Below, piece by piece: positions 49,218 through 59,193 of a stretch of DNA of 64,000 nucleotides. The notes below the pieces were generated by a model, which was given only the letters and a program-made list of their open reading frames with translations, was not told the origin of the DNA and did no database searches. Source of the stretch: an uncultured delta proteobacterium (GTDB lineage Bacteria > Myxococcota_A > Polyangia > Polyangiales > Polyangiaceae). The stretch is from positions 480,001 to 544,000 of the forward strand of contig CAWKKR010000007.1 of the NCBI GenBank assembly GCA_963850305.1, read 5' to 3'. The stretch's first letter is position 1. Each line of letters opens with the position of its first letter. The position numbers and the translations under genes are program-made.

Positions 49218-50831
49218 ATGTCGGGCGAGTCGCTCAGCCTCCGCAGCCAGTGGATCCTACGGATCGGGATCCTCCTTGCCGTCGCCGCAGTCGTCTTCTG
49301 GACCCTCTACAGCCTGGATTTCTTCTTCACGGGCAGGCGTTTCGAGGCCACACCGACGAACCCGCTCACGCACTATCTGAATTTCGACCCGGGGAGCATC
49401 TCGGACGCCATCAGTTCACTCGCAGGCAACATCGCGGCGATCTTCGGGCTCGTCATCACCGTCGTCAGCATCATCGTGCAGCTTTCGGCCGATCGGTACA
49501 CGGGCGTGACGCGGATGTTCTTCCGCGATCGGCTGAACATCGGCGTGATGGCGTACTACCTCGTCGTCTGCATCTACGCAGTGTGGCTCAGCATGTCGCT
49601 GCAGCACGACTACGTACCCCGCGCGGTGATCGTGACGATGCTGGGCGCCACGACGACCGGGCTGCTCCTGATGCCACCCTACTTCGGCTACGTGTTCTGG
49701 TTTCTCGAGCCGACGACCATCATTCACCGTATCCGTAGCGACGCGGTCAAGACGGCCGGAAAGGGAGCGCTCGAATCGAATCGTGCAGCGTGTTTCGAGG
49801 CTCAGGCCACGACGCTCAACGCGATGGAGGAGTTGACGGATATCACGAGCAACTCGATTTCCGGCAAGGACAAGATCATCGCGAGCGGCGCCGTGGACGC
49901 GCTAAAGGATTTTGCGCTCGAGTACTTGAAGGTGAAGGCGCGAGCGACGAAAGACTGGTTTTCGATCGGCGCGGGCATCCGTGAGAACCCCGATTTCGTC
50001 GCCATGGATCCCGAGTCGATCGAGGACCTCGAGGAGCGTCGAACCTGGGTAGAGTGGAAGGTGATGCGGCAGTACCTGGGGATCTACAACGAGGCCCTGG
50101 CGACGATGCGCGACATCAACTACCTCATCGCCATCGACACGCGGTACATCGGAGAAGCGGCGATCCACGCGCGTGACCGGGAGCTCTTGAGCCTCGTGTA
50201 CCGGTACATGAACTCGTACCTTCGCGTGACGCTGAACGCGCGGGACGTTCGAACGGCGTACAACGTCCTCCATCAGTATCGCCTGCTCGTCGAGACGATG
50301 CTCCGGAACGACCACGGCGAAGCGGCTCTCGAGGGCGTGAAGTACATGAAGTACTACGCGCACGTCAGCTTCGACATGAAGCTGACGTTCGTGACGGAAA
50401 CCGTGGCTTACGACGTTTCGACGCTGTGTGAAGTCGCGAATCGAGTCGGAGCCCGCGAGGAGCCCGAGATGTTGAAAGAGTTTCTCGAGCTCGATCAGCC
50501 GCTCCTCGCTCGCGGTCAGGAAAAGGGGCTCCTCGGCGTCCGGAAGGCCCAGGTCAAGCTGGCGAGCTATTACTTGCTCACCCAGCAGGAGCCGAAGGCT
50601 CGTCTCATCTGCAAAGACATGGAGGGCGAGCCTCGCGAGCGGCTCCTCGCGATCCGCAAGCAACTCGAGAGCGTCACGAGCAAGGATTTCTGGGAGATCA
50701 TCGATCGCGGCCGGAACTTCGAGTTCATGCCGGTCGAGCAGCGCGAGTGCATGAAGACGTTCTTTTCGTGGCTCTCCCTCGACGCTCCAGCCCCTTCCGC
50801 GAAGCAGTCCACGCGGGCAACCGCCGAGTGA
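49218..50831 (+). CDS. Membrane protein, DUF2254-like
   Basis: Four N-terminal TM helices (IIVQLSADRYT) followed by a soluble helical domain. Confidence 0.7.
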   Translation: MSGESLSLRSQWILRIGILLAVAAVVFWTLYSLDFFFTGRRFEATPTNPLTHYLNFDPGSISDAISSLAGNIAAIFGLVITVVSIIVQLSADRYTGVTRMFFRDRLNIGVMAYYLVVCIYAVWLSMSLQHDYVPRAVIVTMLGATTTGLLLMPPYFGYVFWFLEPTTIIHRIRSDAVKTAGKGALESNRAACFEAQATTLNAMEELTDITSNSISGKDKIIASGAVDALKDFALEYLKVKARATKDWFSIGAGIRENPDFVAMDPESIEDLEERRTWVEWKVMRQYLGIYNEALATMRDINYLIAIDTRYIGEAAIHARDRELLSLVYRYMNSYLRVTLNARDVRTAYNVLHQYRLLVETMLRNDHGEAALEGVKYMKYYAHVSFDMKLTFVTETVAYDVSTLCEVANRVGAREEPEMLKEFLELDQPLLARGQEKGLLGVRKAQVKLASYYLLTQQEPKARLICKDMEGEPRERLLAIRKQLESVTSKDFWEIIDRGRNFEFMPVEQRECMKTFFSWLSLDAPAPSAKQSTRATAE

Positions 50832-50959
50832 GAGTGGGACGGCCGGCAAGGGGTGGTGGCGAGCCCCGCTGCGAACCTTCCCAAAGACTATCGATGAGTT
50901 AAGGTGGGTCGTCCCGGCTTCGTCGGCACCCTCCGTGAGAAGGCCAGTGACGAGGTAGG

Positions 50960-51319
50960 ATGATCTGCTACCTTCCTGCCGTCGTGGAGATGACTCGGGT
51001 CCTCGCAACCGATACCCAGCGCCGCCGTCGCCGCGTTCGCGCCGACCTTAGGGTCGTCGTTGCGCTCCGCAACGGTGACAAGCAACAGGCGCGCGTCGTG
51101 GATCTGAGCATCGGCGGCATGCAGCTCGAGGCAGCTCGTGCTCCCGGGTACGGCGAAAGCGTCACCATAGTCGTGCAGCTGCACGATTCGCATGACTGGT
51201 TCATCATCCCCGCCACGGTGCGCTGGTTCAGTCGGGGCGGCTTCGGTGTGGCCTTCGAGGGTCTGGACAGAAGCCAGGAACTCGCGCTCGCAGCCTTCGT
51301 CAATCAGTCTGCAGCCTGA
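50960..51319 (+). CDS. PilZ domain protein
   Basis: QRRRRR and DLSIGG motifs; ATVRW...FGVAF. Confidence 0.85.
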   Translation: MICYLPAVVEMTRVLATDTQRRRRRVRADLRVVVALRNGDKQQARVVDLSIGGMQLEAARAPGYGESVTIVVQLHDSHDWFIIPATVRWFSRGGFGVAFEGLDRSQELALAAFVNQSAA

Positions 51320-51337
51320 AGGACTCCGGCGGCTGCG

Positions 51338-51844
51338 TCAGCCGCCGGTCTCACCGCGCAGGAACGCCCGAAGCCTCGGCACGAGGTTCTGTTGAACGGC
51401 AGAGGGCCCCTTGATCGACCCTTCGATGCGGTGGCTGGACGCGGTTCCGTCCGCGTTGGGCAACGCGATGAGTGGAATCAAATGCGACGAGTAGCCCGCG
51501 GCCGTGAGCGCGTCCCGATCCTCGTCGAGATCGAACTCGACTAGACGGACGCCGTCCAGGAGCTCGTCGAGCTCGCCCGCTTCCACGGCGTGGTGAAACC
51601 GCTGGCATGGCTCGCACCACGTGGCACCGACGTACACGAGGACGCCGCGATGCCGGGACCGCCCGCTCGCTGCCTCCGCCGCAATGAACGGCGCGATCGC
51701 CTCCCCGCCAGTCGGTCCGCGCACGAATACCGGTCTGGTGTGGCTTGGTGCCGGAGCATCCCGTTCCGCCGGAGCGGCCTTCGCGTGTCCACTGTCGCAC
51801 CCGGCGAGCAGCGCACACGCGAGGACGGGCCAGGAGACGTTCAT
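51338..51844 (-). CDS. Thioredoxin-like lipoprotein
   Basis: LAGC lipobox; GATWCEPC active site. Confidence 0.85.
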   Translation of the reverse strand: MNVSWPVLACALLAGCDSGHAKAAPAERDAPAPSHTRPVFVRGPTGGEAIAPFIAAEAASGRSRHRGVLVYVGATWCEPCQRFHHAVEAGELDELLDGVRLVEFDLDEDRDALTAAGYSSHLIPLIALPNADGTASSHRIEGSIKGPSAVQQNLVPRLRAFLRGETGG

Positions 51845-52053
51845 CGACTGTCCTTCACTCCCGCATCTCTTGGACAGATACACGCCCCGAACCCGCTGAG
51901 GTCGGGCGCGCACACGGCCGAGCCGACGCACCCATCCACGTCCGAGCACGGAATCGTCTGTCCGAGCGTGCATCCGACGCCTCCGGTGGCTTGCGGCGTG
52001 GACGTGCACCCGGAGGCACCAACGCAGCAGATGCCCGCGAGCAATTTGGCCAT
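51841..52053 (-). CDS. Small Cys-rich lipoprotein
   Basis: ASGC; C..GQTIPC..C.G...C...C.C; ATGA overlap with the thioredoxin gene. Confidence 0.5.
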   Translation of the reverse strand: MAKLLAGICCVGASGCTSTPQATGGVGCTLGQTIPCSDVDGCVGSAVCAPDLSGFGACICPRDAGVKDSR

Positions 52054-52120
52054 CACCGCGCTTCGGGCGGCTCTCGTTCTGGCGCTCACCGCCCGGATTC
52101 TAGCGGTCACGCGCGCGATG

Positions 52121-54239
52121 TTAGCGAAAATCTGCGAGCTTTGCCGTCAGGGCGGCTGAGCTACCCGTCCTTCGGTCCGAGTGGAACGTGTTCTGTCGCG
52201 CCTCGGTCGTTGCCTCGGCCGTTTGCACGGTGAAGCGTCGCGCGGGATCGCGCCGCTGCCCCGTGTAGCTTCCGTCGGTCGCTACAGACCCCGCGCACGC
52301 GCGGCAAGCGCCGCAGGGTGGGGTGTCGGTCTCACCGAGGAACTGCCGGAGGCGTGCCGTCTTGCACCCCGTGTACGAGGCGAGCCCGCCGACGTCGACC
52401 AGCCGGCGTGCATCGAGCGCGCGCACCGTGGCCAATCGCTCGGCGAGCGCCCGGAGCTCGCCGAGTACAACGTGGTTAGGCACGAGACGACGGAGCCATC
52501 CATCGCGATTCGAGACGAGACCCATCCCCTCAAGCAGGGCCGCCAGCGTCTCGACGCTCCTTCGGCTGGAGCGGGCCTTCGTGGCTAGCGACTCCGTCGT
52601 GACGACCTCGTCGTCCGAAGATTCTTCCAGTGCTCTTCCGAACATCAAGAGCTGTTCGCCCGTGGGCCGGGCGTCTTGGACTTCCGCTTCGAGAGCCAGG
52701 TGATCGCCCGGCGAGAAGAAGACCAGACCTTCGGCGGGTTTCCCGTCGCGTCCCAAGAGCGAGAGCTCGTCGGCGAGCTGTTCGAGCGACGTCGGGGGCG
52801 AAAGGCGTACCAGAGCTCGGATGTCCGCTTTCGTCGTCCTCCGGCCGTAGCGGAGCGGAACGCCTTCGGTGTCGTTCTCGCACGCCGCGGCGCCGATTGC
52901 GAAGGCGCTCGTCGCGACGAGGATCGCTCGCTCCCCGGGCATCGAAAATTGAATCTGCTCGCCGGCGCGGAGTCCCGTCTTCATTTCCTCGTGGTACCGG
53001 TGCGAGGGGAGCCCTCGTGCTCGGAAGGCTTCGTGGACGGTTTCGACCTCCCGGGGAGAGGTGCAGAAGACAATCAACGGCCGCGGCAACTGGCGCAACG
53101 CCTCCGCGAGGGCGCGGTGCCCGGCTTCACCTCGAATCCTTGAAGGCGAGCGACACGTTGGAGCGCACCCCGGGGCCTCCGAAGACGTCCGGTGGGTGAG
53201 GGAAAAGTGCGATGGAGATGTCGTGACAGACGACACTGGTCGCTCCAGGTGCGAGCGCGAACACGGGAGGCTTGCCGAGTCGCGCGAGATAGTCGCCGAG
53301 TCGCGCGTACGCCCCCGAAAAGGCGTGCGATGACGTGGCCGCGCGATGAGCCTCCAGGATCATCATGACGCCCAGCCCCACTCTGGCGAACGCCCGGAGA
53401 ACCTGAGTTCGAGAGAGAATTTCAGGCGTTGCGAAAACGACCTTCACCGCGCCGCTGCTGATTGCATCCAGGACGTGCGCCGCTGGTCCTTCGCCCTTGG
53501 CATCCTCCAGAAGGACCGTGGTGGCGCCCGTTCGTTCGACCTTCTCCTTCTGGTGCGCCAGCGTCGAAATGTCGGGCCCCACGATCACGGCGAGCTGCGG
53601 CAGAAGCAACGACGCCACGAGTCCCGCGAGTTCGTGATTTCCGCTCCGAAGCTCCGTCGAGAGGGTCGCGCGGCTTTCCAAGATCGAACGGACGACCTTT
53701 CCCATGGTCGCATCGAGGGGCGCCGACAGCTTTGCGGCGGTGTCGGTCACGTCTCGCCACCGCTGATCGGTGATCGAACCGCGGGGCATCGTCGGGGTCA
53801 TCAAGATCGATGAGAAAGGGGAGCTCGCGGGTGGAGCGCTCGGGGACGTGCTGACGCTATCTCGCGGCGGCAGTCGGCCGAGGCGAACTCCGGTGGCGAT
53901 GATGCGTGGCCCCCTGCCGGGCTTGGCTGGCTTTCGTGTCTGGACCGTGGCTCGCGCGCGGCTCGGCTTCGTCCTGCCACGTGCGATGAGGCCCCGGCGG
54001 CTTCCTCGAGGCACCGTCTTCGCGTTCAGGTGGGCCTTCAATTTCAGCTTTTTCGGCGGCTGCTTCACGGAAGGCTTCGGTTTCGGTTTCGGCTTGGGCC
54101 TGGGTTTCGGCTTCGGCTTCGGCTTGGGTGTCGCCCCTTTCCGTGCGTACCCGCTCATGGCCGGCGTCAGGCGCGGGCGGGCCTTTGGCTTCCCGCCTAC
54201 TGAACGCCCTTTGGCCAGTCTCTTCGCTCTCCTCCGCAA
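52121..54239 (-). CDS. Degenerate RecQ-like helicase with basic KP-repeat N-terminus (frameshift near 53136)
   Basis: ATPEIL, LEAH, ILVATSAF, GRDGKPA and RQC zinc motif GC...LRQFLGE...CGACRAC. Removing one base at GAATC 53134-53138 joins the two ORFs. Start is uncertain. Confidence 0.7.
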
Positions 54240-54637
54240 GTCAGTCGCCTCCGTCAGTCTTCAGAAAGGACCGAGATCCTTGTGGAAATGGATGATCTCC
54301 CGAATCCACATCCATATCATTTGGGCCCAAGCGACGTGAACGAAAAAACAGGGCATGTCCTTTCAGCCCGCGGGTGGGCCCATGGCCATCCAGGGGCATC
54401 AGTGTCGGAGCTGGTCCTGCCTCGGCTTCGATGCCGTTCTTTCCGCGAGCGGGCCACAGCGCTATCGCGGGCCCCCTCGAAATGAACTGGCGCTCCTGGG
54501 GCCAGATCGAAGGCCGAGGTTGCTTCGCAATGATCTCAATCGAGACATGCACGTTTCCGAGTCGTCATACAAAGGACACTTTTCCGGCAGACATTGCGCT
54601 CCCTTTTCGCAAACTCTTCAGCAGGAGCCAAAAAGTC

Positions 54638-56149
54638 TTGAAGACCCTCGCGTCATCCGTCGCTATGATCGTTTCGATCCTTGGGACCCCAGCGTTGGTA
54701 TTCGCGCAAGCCACGGTCGCTCCGCCAGGTGCGACGTCTCCGGCGGCGCCTGCCTCGGCGGATCCTGTTCCAGCGAGCCTCGTTCAGCCGGGTCCGTCGC
54801 AGACACCAGCAGGCCCGCCGATGGTCCCTGCGCCCGCATCAGTCGAGGGCGCCGCGGTCGCGCCGGTGTCAGGTTCGCCCGTGTCCGTGGGGGGACCGCC
54901 ATCGGTGCTTTCGAAGTTCAGCGCGCGGTTTTATGGGTTCGTCGAACTCGACGCCATCGAAGACTCTACGCAGAGCTTCAGCGAGCTCGCCGGCAATGGG
55001 CTCATTCAACGCGACAACTACGCCGCCGATCACGCGCGCACGACCTTCGGAGCTCGCAACTCGCGCCTCGGCTTCAAGATCGGGGGCCCCGGGAGCGATG
55101 AAGTGAAGACGAGCGGTATCGTCGAGATGGACTTCCTCGGAAACCAGCCCGGCAACCCTCCGTCCGTCAGCGAAGGATCCTATTTCACGAGTCCCACGTT
55201 TCGCATTCGGCACATGGCGCTCAAGGTGGAAACGCCAGTGATCGACATCCTCGCGGGCCAGTACTGGGAGCTATTCGGCTGGCAATCGTATTTCGATCCC
55301 AATACCGTCGAAATCCAGGGTCTGCCGGGGCAGGTGTACTCTCGCTCGCCGCAACTCCGGCTTTCTCACGTCTTCAAATCCGACGACGTGAACTTCGAAC
55401 TCGCCGCAGCTGCCTCACGTCCACCCCAGCGAGACTCCGGCGTCCCCGACGTTCAAGCGGGTTTGCGGGTACTGGCGAACCACTGGCAAGGGTTTCACAC
55501 GGCTGGAGGGACGGGCTCTTCGCTCGACGCGGCAGGGATCGGGCTGAGCGGTGTATTTCGGCACTTTGCCGTCGCCGAATTTTCCGCGGCTCCACGGGAC
55601 TCGGTCCAGAAGAACGGATGGGGTATTTCGATCGACGGGTTGATTCCAGTGATTCCCGCCACGAAGTCCGGCCACGCGAACGCGCTGACCTTGACGGGTT
55701 CGTTCGTGACGGGGAGCGGCATCTCGGATCTCTATACCGGTCTCACGGGTGGGATCGGGTTCCCGTCCCTTTCGAACCCGACCAAGGCCACGCCGGCGCC
55801 GACGTACACCGCCGACATCGACAACGGTCTCGTCACCTACGACAGTATAGGGAATCTCCACACGATCGATTGGCAGTCGTTCATCATCGGTGTCCAATAC
55901 TATCTGCCGATCGAAGAGGTCTGGCTCTCCGCGAACTATTCTCGGATGCACTCTGGGAACATCGCCTCCTACGGAGCCGATCCCTCGAAGGTCTTCACGG
56001 ATTCGAACTGGTATGATGGCAATCTGTTCTGGGACATGAACGGCTCCGCGCGGTTCGGACTGGAGTACGCCCACTTCCAGCAGAAGTACGCCGACGACAA
56101 GAGAGCGAACAATGATCGGGTCCAGCTTTCGGCCTTCTACATTTTCTGA
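54638..56149 (+). CDS. Outer-membrane porin-like protein (DcaP-like)
   Basis: Signal peptide and Pro-rich linker; FYGFVELD, RNSRLGF, AGQYW, RSPQLR; C-terminal aromatic AFYIF. Start is either TTG 54638 or ATG 54665. Confidence 0.75.
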   Translation: MKTLASSVAMIVSILGTPALVFAQATVAPPGATSPAAPASADPVPASLVQPGPSQTPAGPPMVPAPASVEGAAVAPVSGSPVSVGGPPSVLSKFSARFYGFVELDAIEDSTQSFSELAGNGLIQRDNYAADHARTTFGARNSRLGFKIGGPGSDEVKTSGIVEMDFLGNQPGNPPSVSEGSYFTSPTFRIRHMALKVETPVIDILAGQYWELFGWQSYFDPNTVEIQGLPGQVYSRSPQLRLSHVFKSDDVNFELAAAASRPPQRDSGVPDVQAGLRVLANHWQGFHTAGGTGSSLDAAGIGLSGVFRHFAVAEFSAAPRDSVQKNGWGISIDGLIPVIPATKSGHANALTLTGSFVTGSGISDLYTGLTGGIGFPSLSNPTKATPAPTYTADIDNGLVTYDSIGNLHTIDWQSFIIGVQYYLPIEEVWLSANYSRMHSGNIASYGADPSKVFTDSNWYDGNLFWDMNGSARFGLEYAHFQQKYADDKRANNDRVQLSAFYIF

Positions 56150-56281
56150 CCGCTCGGATCAGGCCCTCCCAGACTCAGCGAACAGATGGGTCGACGCAAT
56201 CCGCACCGGAAATCGGATCGGTAGCTGGAGCGGGCGTTTCCGCGCGCATCGCCCAGCGCGCGGAGCGAAGCGCGGGGTCAC

Positions 56282-56335
56282 TTAGTTCCGCATCGACGAC
56301 ACCGTCGTCCCCGAAGAATCAACGAGCGGAACTAC
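56282..56335 (+). repeat. REP/REPIN-like palindromic element, copy 2
   Basis: TTAGTTCCGCATCGACG..CGTCGTCCCCGA..GCGGAACTAC between convergent genes. Confidence 0.75.
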
Positions 56336-56367
56336 GCGAGCGCAGCGAGCCCGCCGAAGGCCCCAAG

Positions 56368-57762
56368 TCATTCTGGCAACTCTGGATCTCGCGCGAGCCA
56401 TCTCGCCAGCGTCTTGTCATCGATTCCAAGAGTCCCGGCGGTGAGCAGCTTCCGATTCCCGAGTTGCCCGTAAGCCCATGCGACGTACCGGCGCTGCACT
56501 TCTCGCAGGGGCAGGACGCGTCCTGAGAATTCCGTCGACGCGCCCGCGCCGGCGCCGACCGTCGCCGGAAGGTCGGCTGGCGTGACCTCGGCCGAGCGCG
56601 CGAGAAGCACTACTCTCTCGATGACGTGCTCGAGTTCGCGAACGTTCCCTGGCCACGGATGCGATAGGAGACGGTCCATCGCTTCCTTCGCGATTCGCTC
56701 GACGCGCGACGACGGATTGTTCGAGTGCGACTTTCGAAGAAAGTGCTCCGCCAGGGCAGGGATGTCTTCGGTCCGGTGCCGCAGCGGCGGAATCTCCACG
56801 GTCAACACCTCAAGTCGATAGAGGAGGTCCTCGCGAAATGAGCCCTCGGCCACTCGGGTTCGGAGGTTTCGATGCGTGGCCGCGATGATGCGAGCATCCA
56901 CAGCGCGCTCCCGGCTCGAGCCAAGAGCCCGCACGACGCGTCGCTCCAGCACATCGAGCAACTTCATTTGCAAGGCTCCACTCAGCTCGCCGACCTCGTC
57001 CAGAAACAGCGTGCCGCGATCGGCTTCCTCGAACAACCCCTGTCGCGGCGACGTCGCCCCGGCGAATGCGCCCTGCGCGTGACCGAAAAGTTCGCTCTCC
57101 AGGAAGGTTTCGGGTAGGGCCGCGCAGTTGACCGTGACGAAGGGTCCTCCTGAGCGGCGCCCGGCAGCGTGAATCGCACGGGCCACTAGCCCCTTTCCAG
57201 TGCCGGTTTCTCCGAGGAGCAAGACGGGCGCCACCGCATCCGCAAAGCGTTCCGCGACGTCCAGCACCTCGCTCATCGCGCCGCTCGCCGCAACGATGCC
57301 CGCCCGCGAGAATCGCTCCGAGAAGGCACGCCGCAGCGCCGCAGCTTCACGCCGCACCCTCGATTCCTCGAGTGCACGCTCGAGAAAGAGCCCGAGCTCA
57401 GCCATTTTGAACGGCTTCGTTACGTAGTGGTACGCGCCTCGGCGGATCGATTCGACTGCGGAGTCCACGGCGCCATAAGCGGTCATGACAATCACGGGCC
57501 GCTCCGGTGCCGCTCGTTTCGAAAGCTCGAGGAGACCGAGCCCATCCACTTCTGGCATCCGCAGGTCGGTGATGAGGGCAGTGAAGTCCTCGAGCTCGAG
57601 GAGCTGGGCTGCTTTCGAGCTCGAGTCGGTGGCGCAGCCATCGTAGCCCCGCTCGGACAGAGATTCCGCGACCATTTCCGCCATCGCTAGATGATCGTCA
57701 ACGACGAGCACCCGCGATCGGCGGAGCCCCGAAGGTTTCTCGGGCGGCGCGTCGCTCTTCAT
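56368..57762 (-). CDS. NtrC-family sigma54-dependent response regulator
   Basis: VLVVDD and TDLRMP receiver; GETGTGK, ESELFGH, GAFAGA, LFLDEVG and WPGNVRELE; C-terminal HTH. Confidence 0.93.
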   Translation of the reverse strand: MKSDAPPEKPSGLRRSRVLVVDDHLAMAEMVAESLSERGYDGCATDSSSKAAQLLELEDFTALITDLRMPEVDGLGLLELSKRAAPERPVIVMTAYGAVDSAVESIRRGAYHYVTKPFKMAELGLFLERALEESRVRREAAALRRAFSERFSRAGIVAASGAMSEVLDVAERFADAVAPVLLLGETGTGKGLVARAIHAAGRRSGGPFVTVNCAALPETFLESELFGHAQGAFAGATSPRQGLFEEADRGTLFLDEVGELSGALQMKLLDVLERRVVRALGSSRERAVDARIIAATHRNLRTRVAEGSFREDLLYRLEVLTVEIPPLRHRTEDIPALAEHFLRKSHSNNPSSRVERIAKEAMDRLLSHPWPGNVRELEHVIERVVLLARSAEVTPADLPATVGAGAGASTEFSGRVLPLREVQRRYVAWAYGQLGNRKLLTAGTLGIDDKTLARWLARDPELPE

Positions 57763-59123
57763 GGTCCGGTCGCGATGGGTAGCTCGATGCTTGCCCGGGT
57801 GCCACTCGAAGCGTCGCCTTCGGATTTCGGTCCGATGACCAACGTTCCCCCGTGGCTCTTGGCAATTTCATTCGCGATGGCGAGCCCCAGCCCCGTTCCC
57901 TTCCCGGGGGGCTTCGTCGTGAAGAAGGGCTCGAGCGCGCGCGCGGCTGCTTCTTCGGTTATGCCCGAGCCGTCGTCGGTCACGACGAAGGATACGCGGC
58001 CTTCCGCCGCGCGCACCGCGAGCACGACGGTTCCTCCCGAGACGCAGGCGTCGCAGGCATTCAGGAGCAGGTTGATCAGAGCTTGCTCGAGGAGCGGAGT
58101 CTCGCAGGAGATGGCCGGAGTGCTCTCTTCCACGACGACTCTCAGATTCACCTTCGCCTTCGAAAACCGGTGTTCGACGAGAGCGATTGCCGCTCGCGCG
58201 ATGGCGCCAGGATGCACCCGATCCAGCGATGGCGCGTCGCCGCGCACGAGGTTCAGGAACCCTCGGACGACATGTCCGATCCGGGTGCCCTGCTCCACGA
58301 TGGTCTCGACGTGCTTCTTCGCGCGCTCGTCCACCATCTTCGGCAAGAGTTGCTCCGCGCGACCGAGAATGACACCCAGAGGTGTGGACACTTCATGAGC
58401 GATGCCGCTTGCCAGAGCCGTGAGCGTCCCGAGTTTGTCAATTTGGACGAGCTGCGCGTCGCGTTGACGGGCAAGCTCGGCGATCGCTAGGCGGCTCTCG
58501 AGCTCGAGTTCCTTTCGTTGTTTGCGAAGTGCGACGCCCCCGAAAGCGAGGACCAAGCCCGTCGCAACGAGGACGCTGAACAAGAGGCGCCGCTCGGCGC
58601 GGAGCTCTCGGTCCCGCTCGTGGGATGCAGTTGCTGCAACCACGACCGTCCAGCGCCCGCCCGGTCCGTCGAACGCGGACAGGCCGACGATCGCCGTTCG
58701 TTCCGGAAGCGCAAAGTTTGGCGCGTCCGTGCGCGCGAGACGCAGCGAGTCCAGACCCTGGGCGGCGGCCGCTTCGACGCGTGCGTCGCGAACGATGCGC
58801 CCGCCGATGGTCGACAATCCCGGCACCCCGCCCCGAATCAGCAACAGACGTCGGTTTGATGCCGACTCGATGCCGCCAACGCCGGCGAAGAGATCCTTGA
58901 CGCTCGGTTCGGGGGCGTCATTGTGGAGATCCGCGAGCCGACTCGAAACGACTGCGGCCACGCTCCTGGCGAGCGTCGCCTGTTCGCCGGCGAAGTCATT
59001 TAATGCAGCCGCGGACTCGCGACTCGCGTCCCACGAGGCAAGAACCGTCACGACCGCGATTGCGACGGCCATGGACGTTGCCAGAGGGAGCCTGCCAGTC
59101 CCGCCCGCGGTTCGCGTGAACAT
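57759..59123 (-). CDS. Sensor histidine kinase
   Basis: Two TM helices; AHEVSTPL H-box, NLLLNA, DDGSG and FFTTK..GTGLGL. Confidence 0.92.
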   Translation of the reverse strand: MFTRTAGGTGRLPLATSMAVAIAVVTVLASWDASRESAAALNDFAGEQATLARSVAAVVSSRLADLHNDAPEPSVKDLFAGVGGIESASNRRLLLIRGGVPGLSTIGGRIVRDARVEAAAAQGLDSLRLARTDAPNFALPERTAIVGLSAFDGPGGRWTVVVAATASHERDRELRAERRLLFSVLVATGLVLAFGGVALRKQRKELELESRLAIAELARQRDAQLVQIDKLGTLTALASGIAHEVSTPLGVILGRAEQLLPKMVDERAKKHVETIVEQGTRIGHVVRGFLNLVRGDAPSLDRVHPGAIARAAIALVEHRFSKAKVNLRVVVEESTPAISCETPLLEQALINLLLNACDACVSGGTVVLAVRAAEGRVSFVVTDDGSGITEEAAARALEPFFTTKPPGKGTGLGLAIANEIAKSHGGTLVIGPKSEGDASSGTRASIELPIATGP

Positions 59124-59193
59124 TTCGATACGACAATTGCCTTTTCGCGCTAGGCAGGCCGCGCCGCAAGAGCCCCGCGGTCTTGAAAAGCCC

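Noticed and set aside
44809..54239. Lhr plus RecQ-like genes as an anti-phage defence island
   Set aside because: They are separated by unrelated genes, are convergent, and have no nuclease, methylase or mobility genes or obvious compositional shift.
54240..54637. Gap upstream of the porin as a riboswitch or sigma54 promoter (GG-N10-GC at 54586-54599)
   Set aside because: Poor -12 element and no recognisable aptamer; not supportable.
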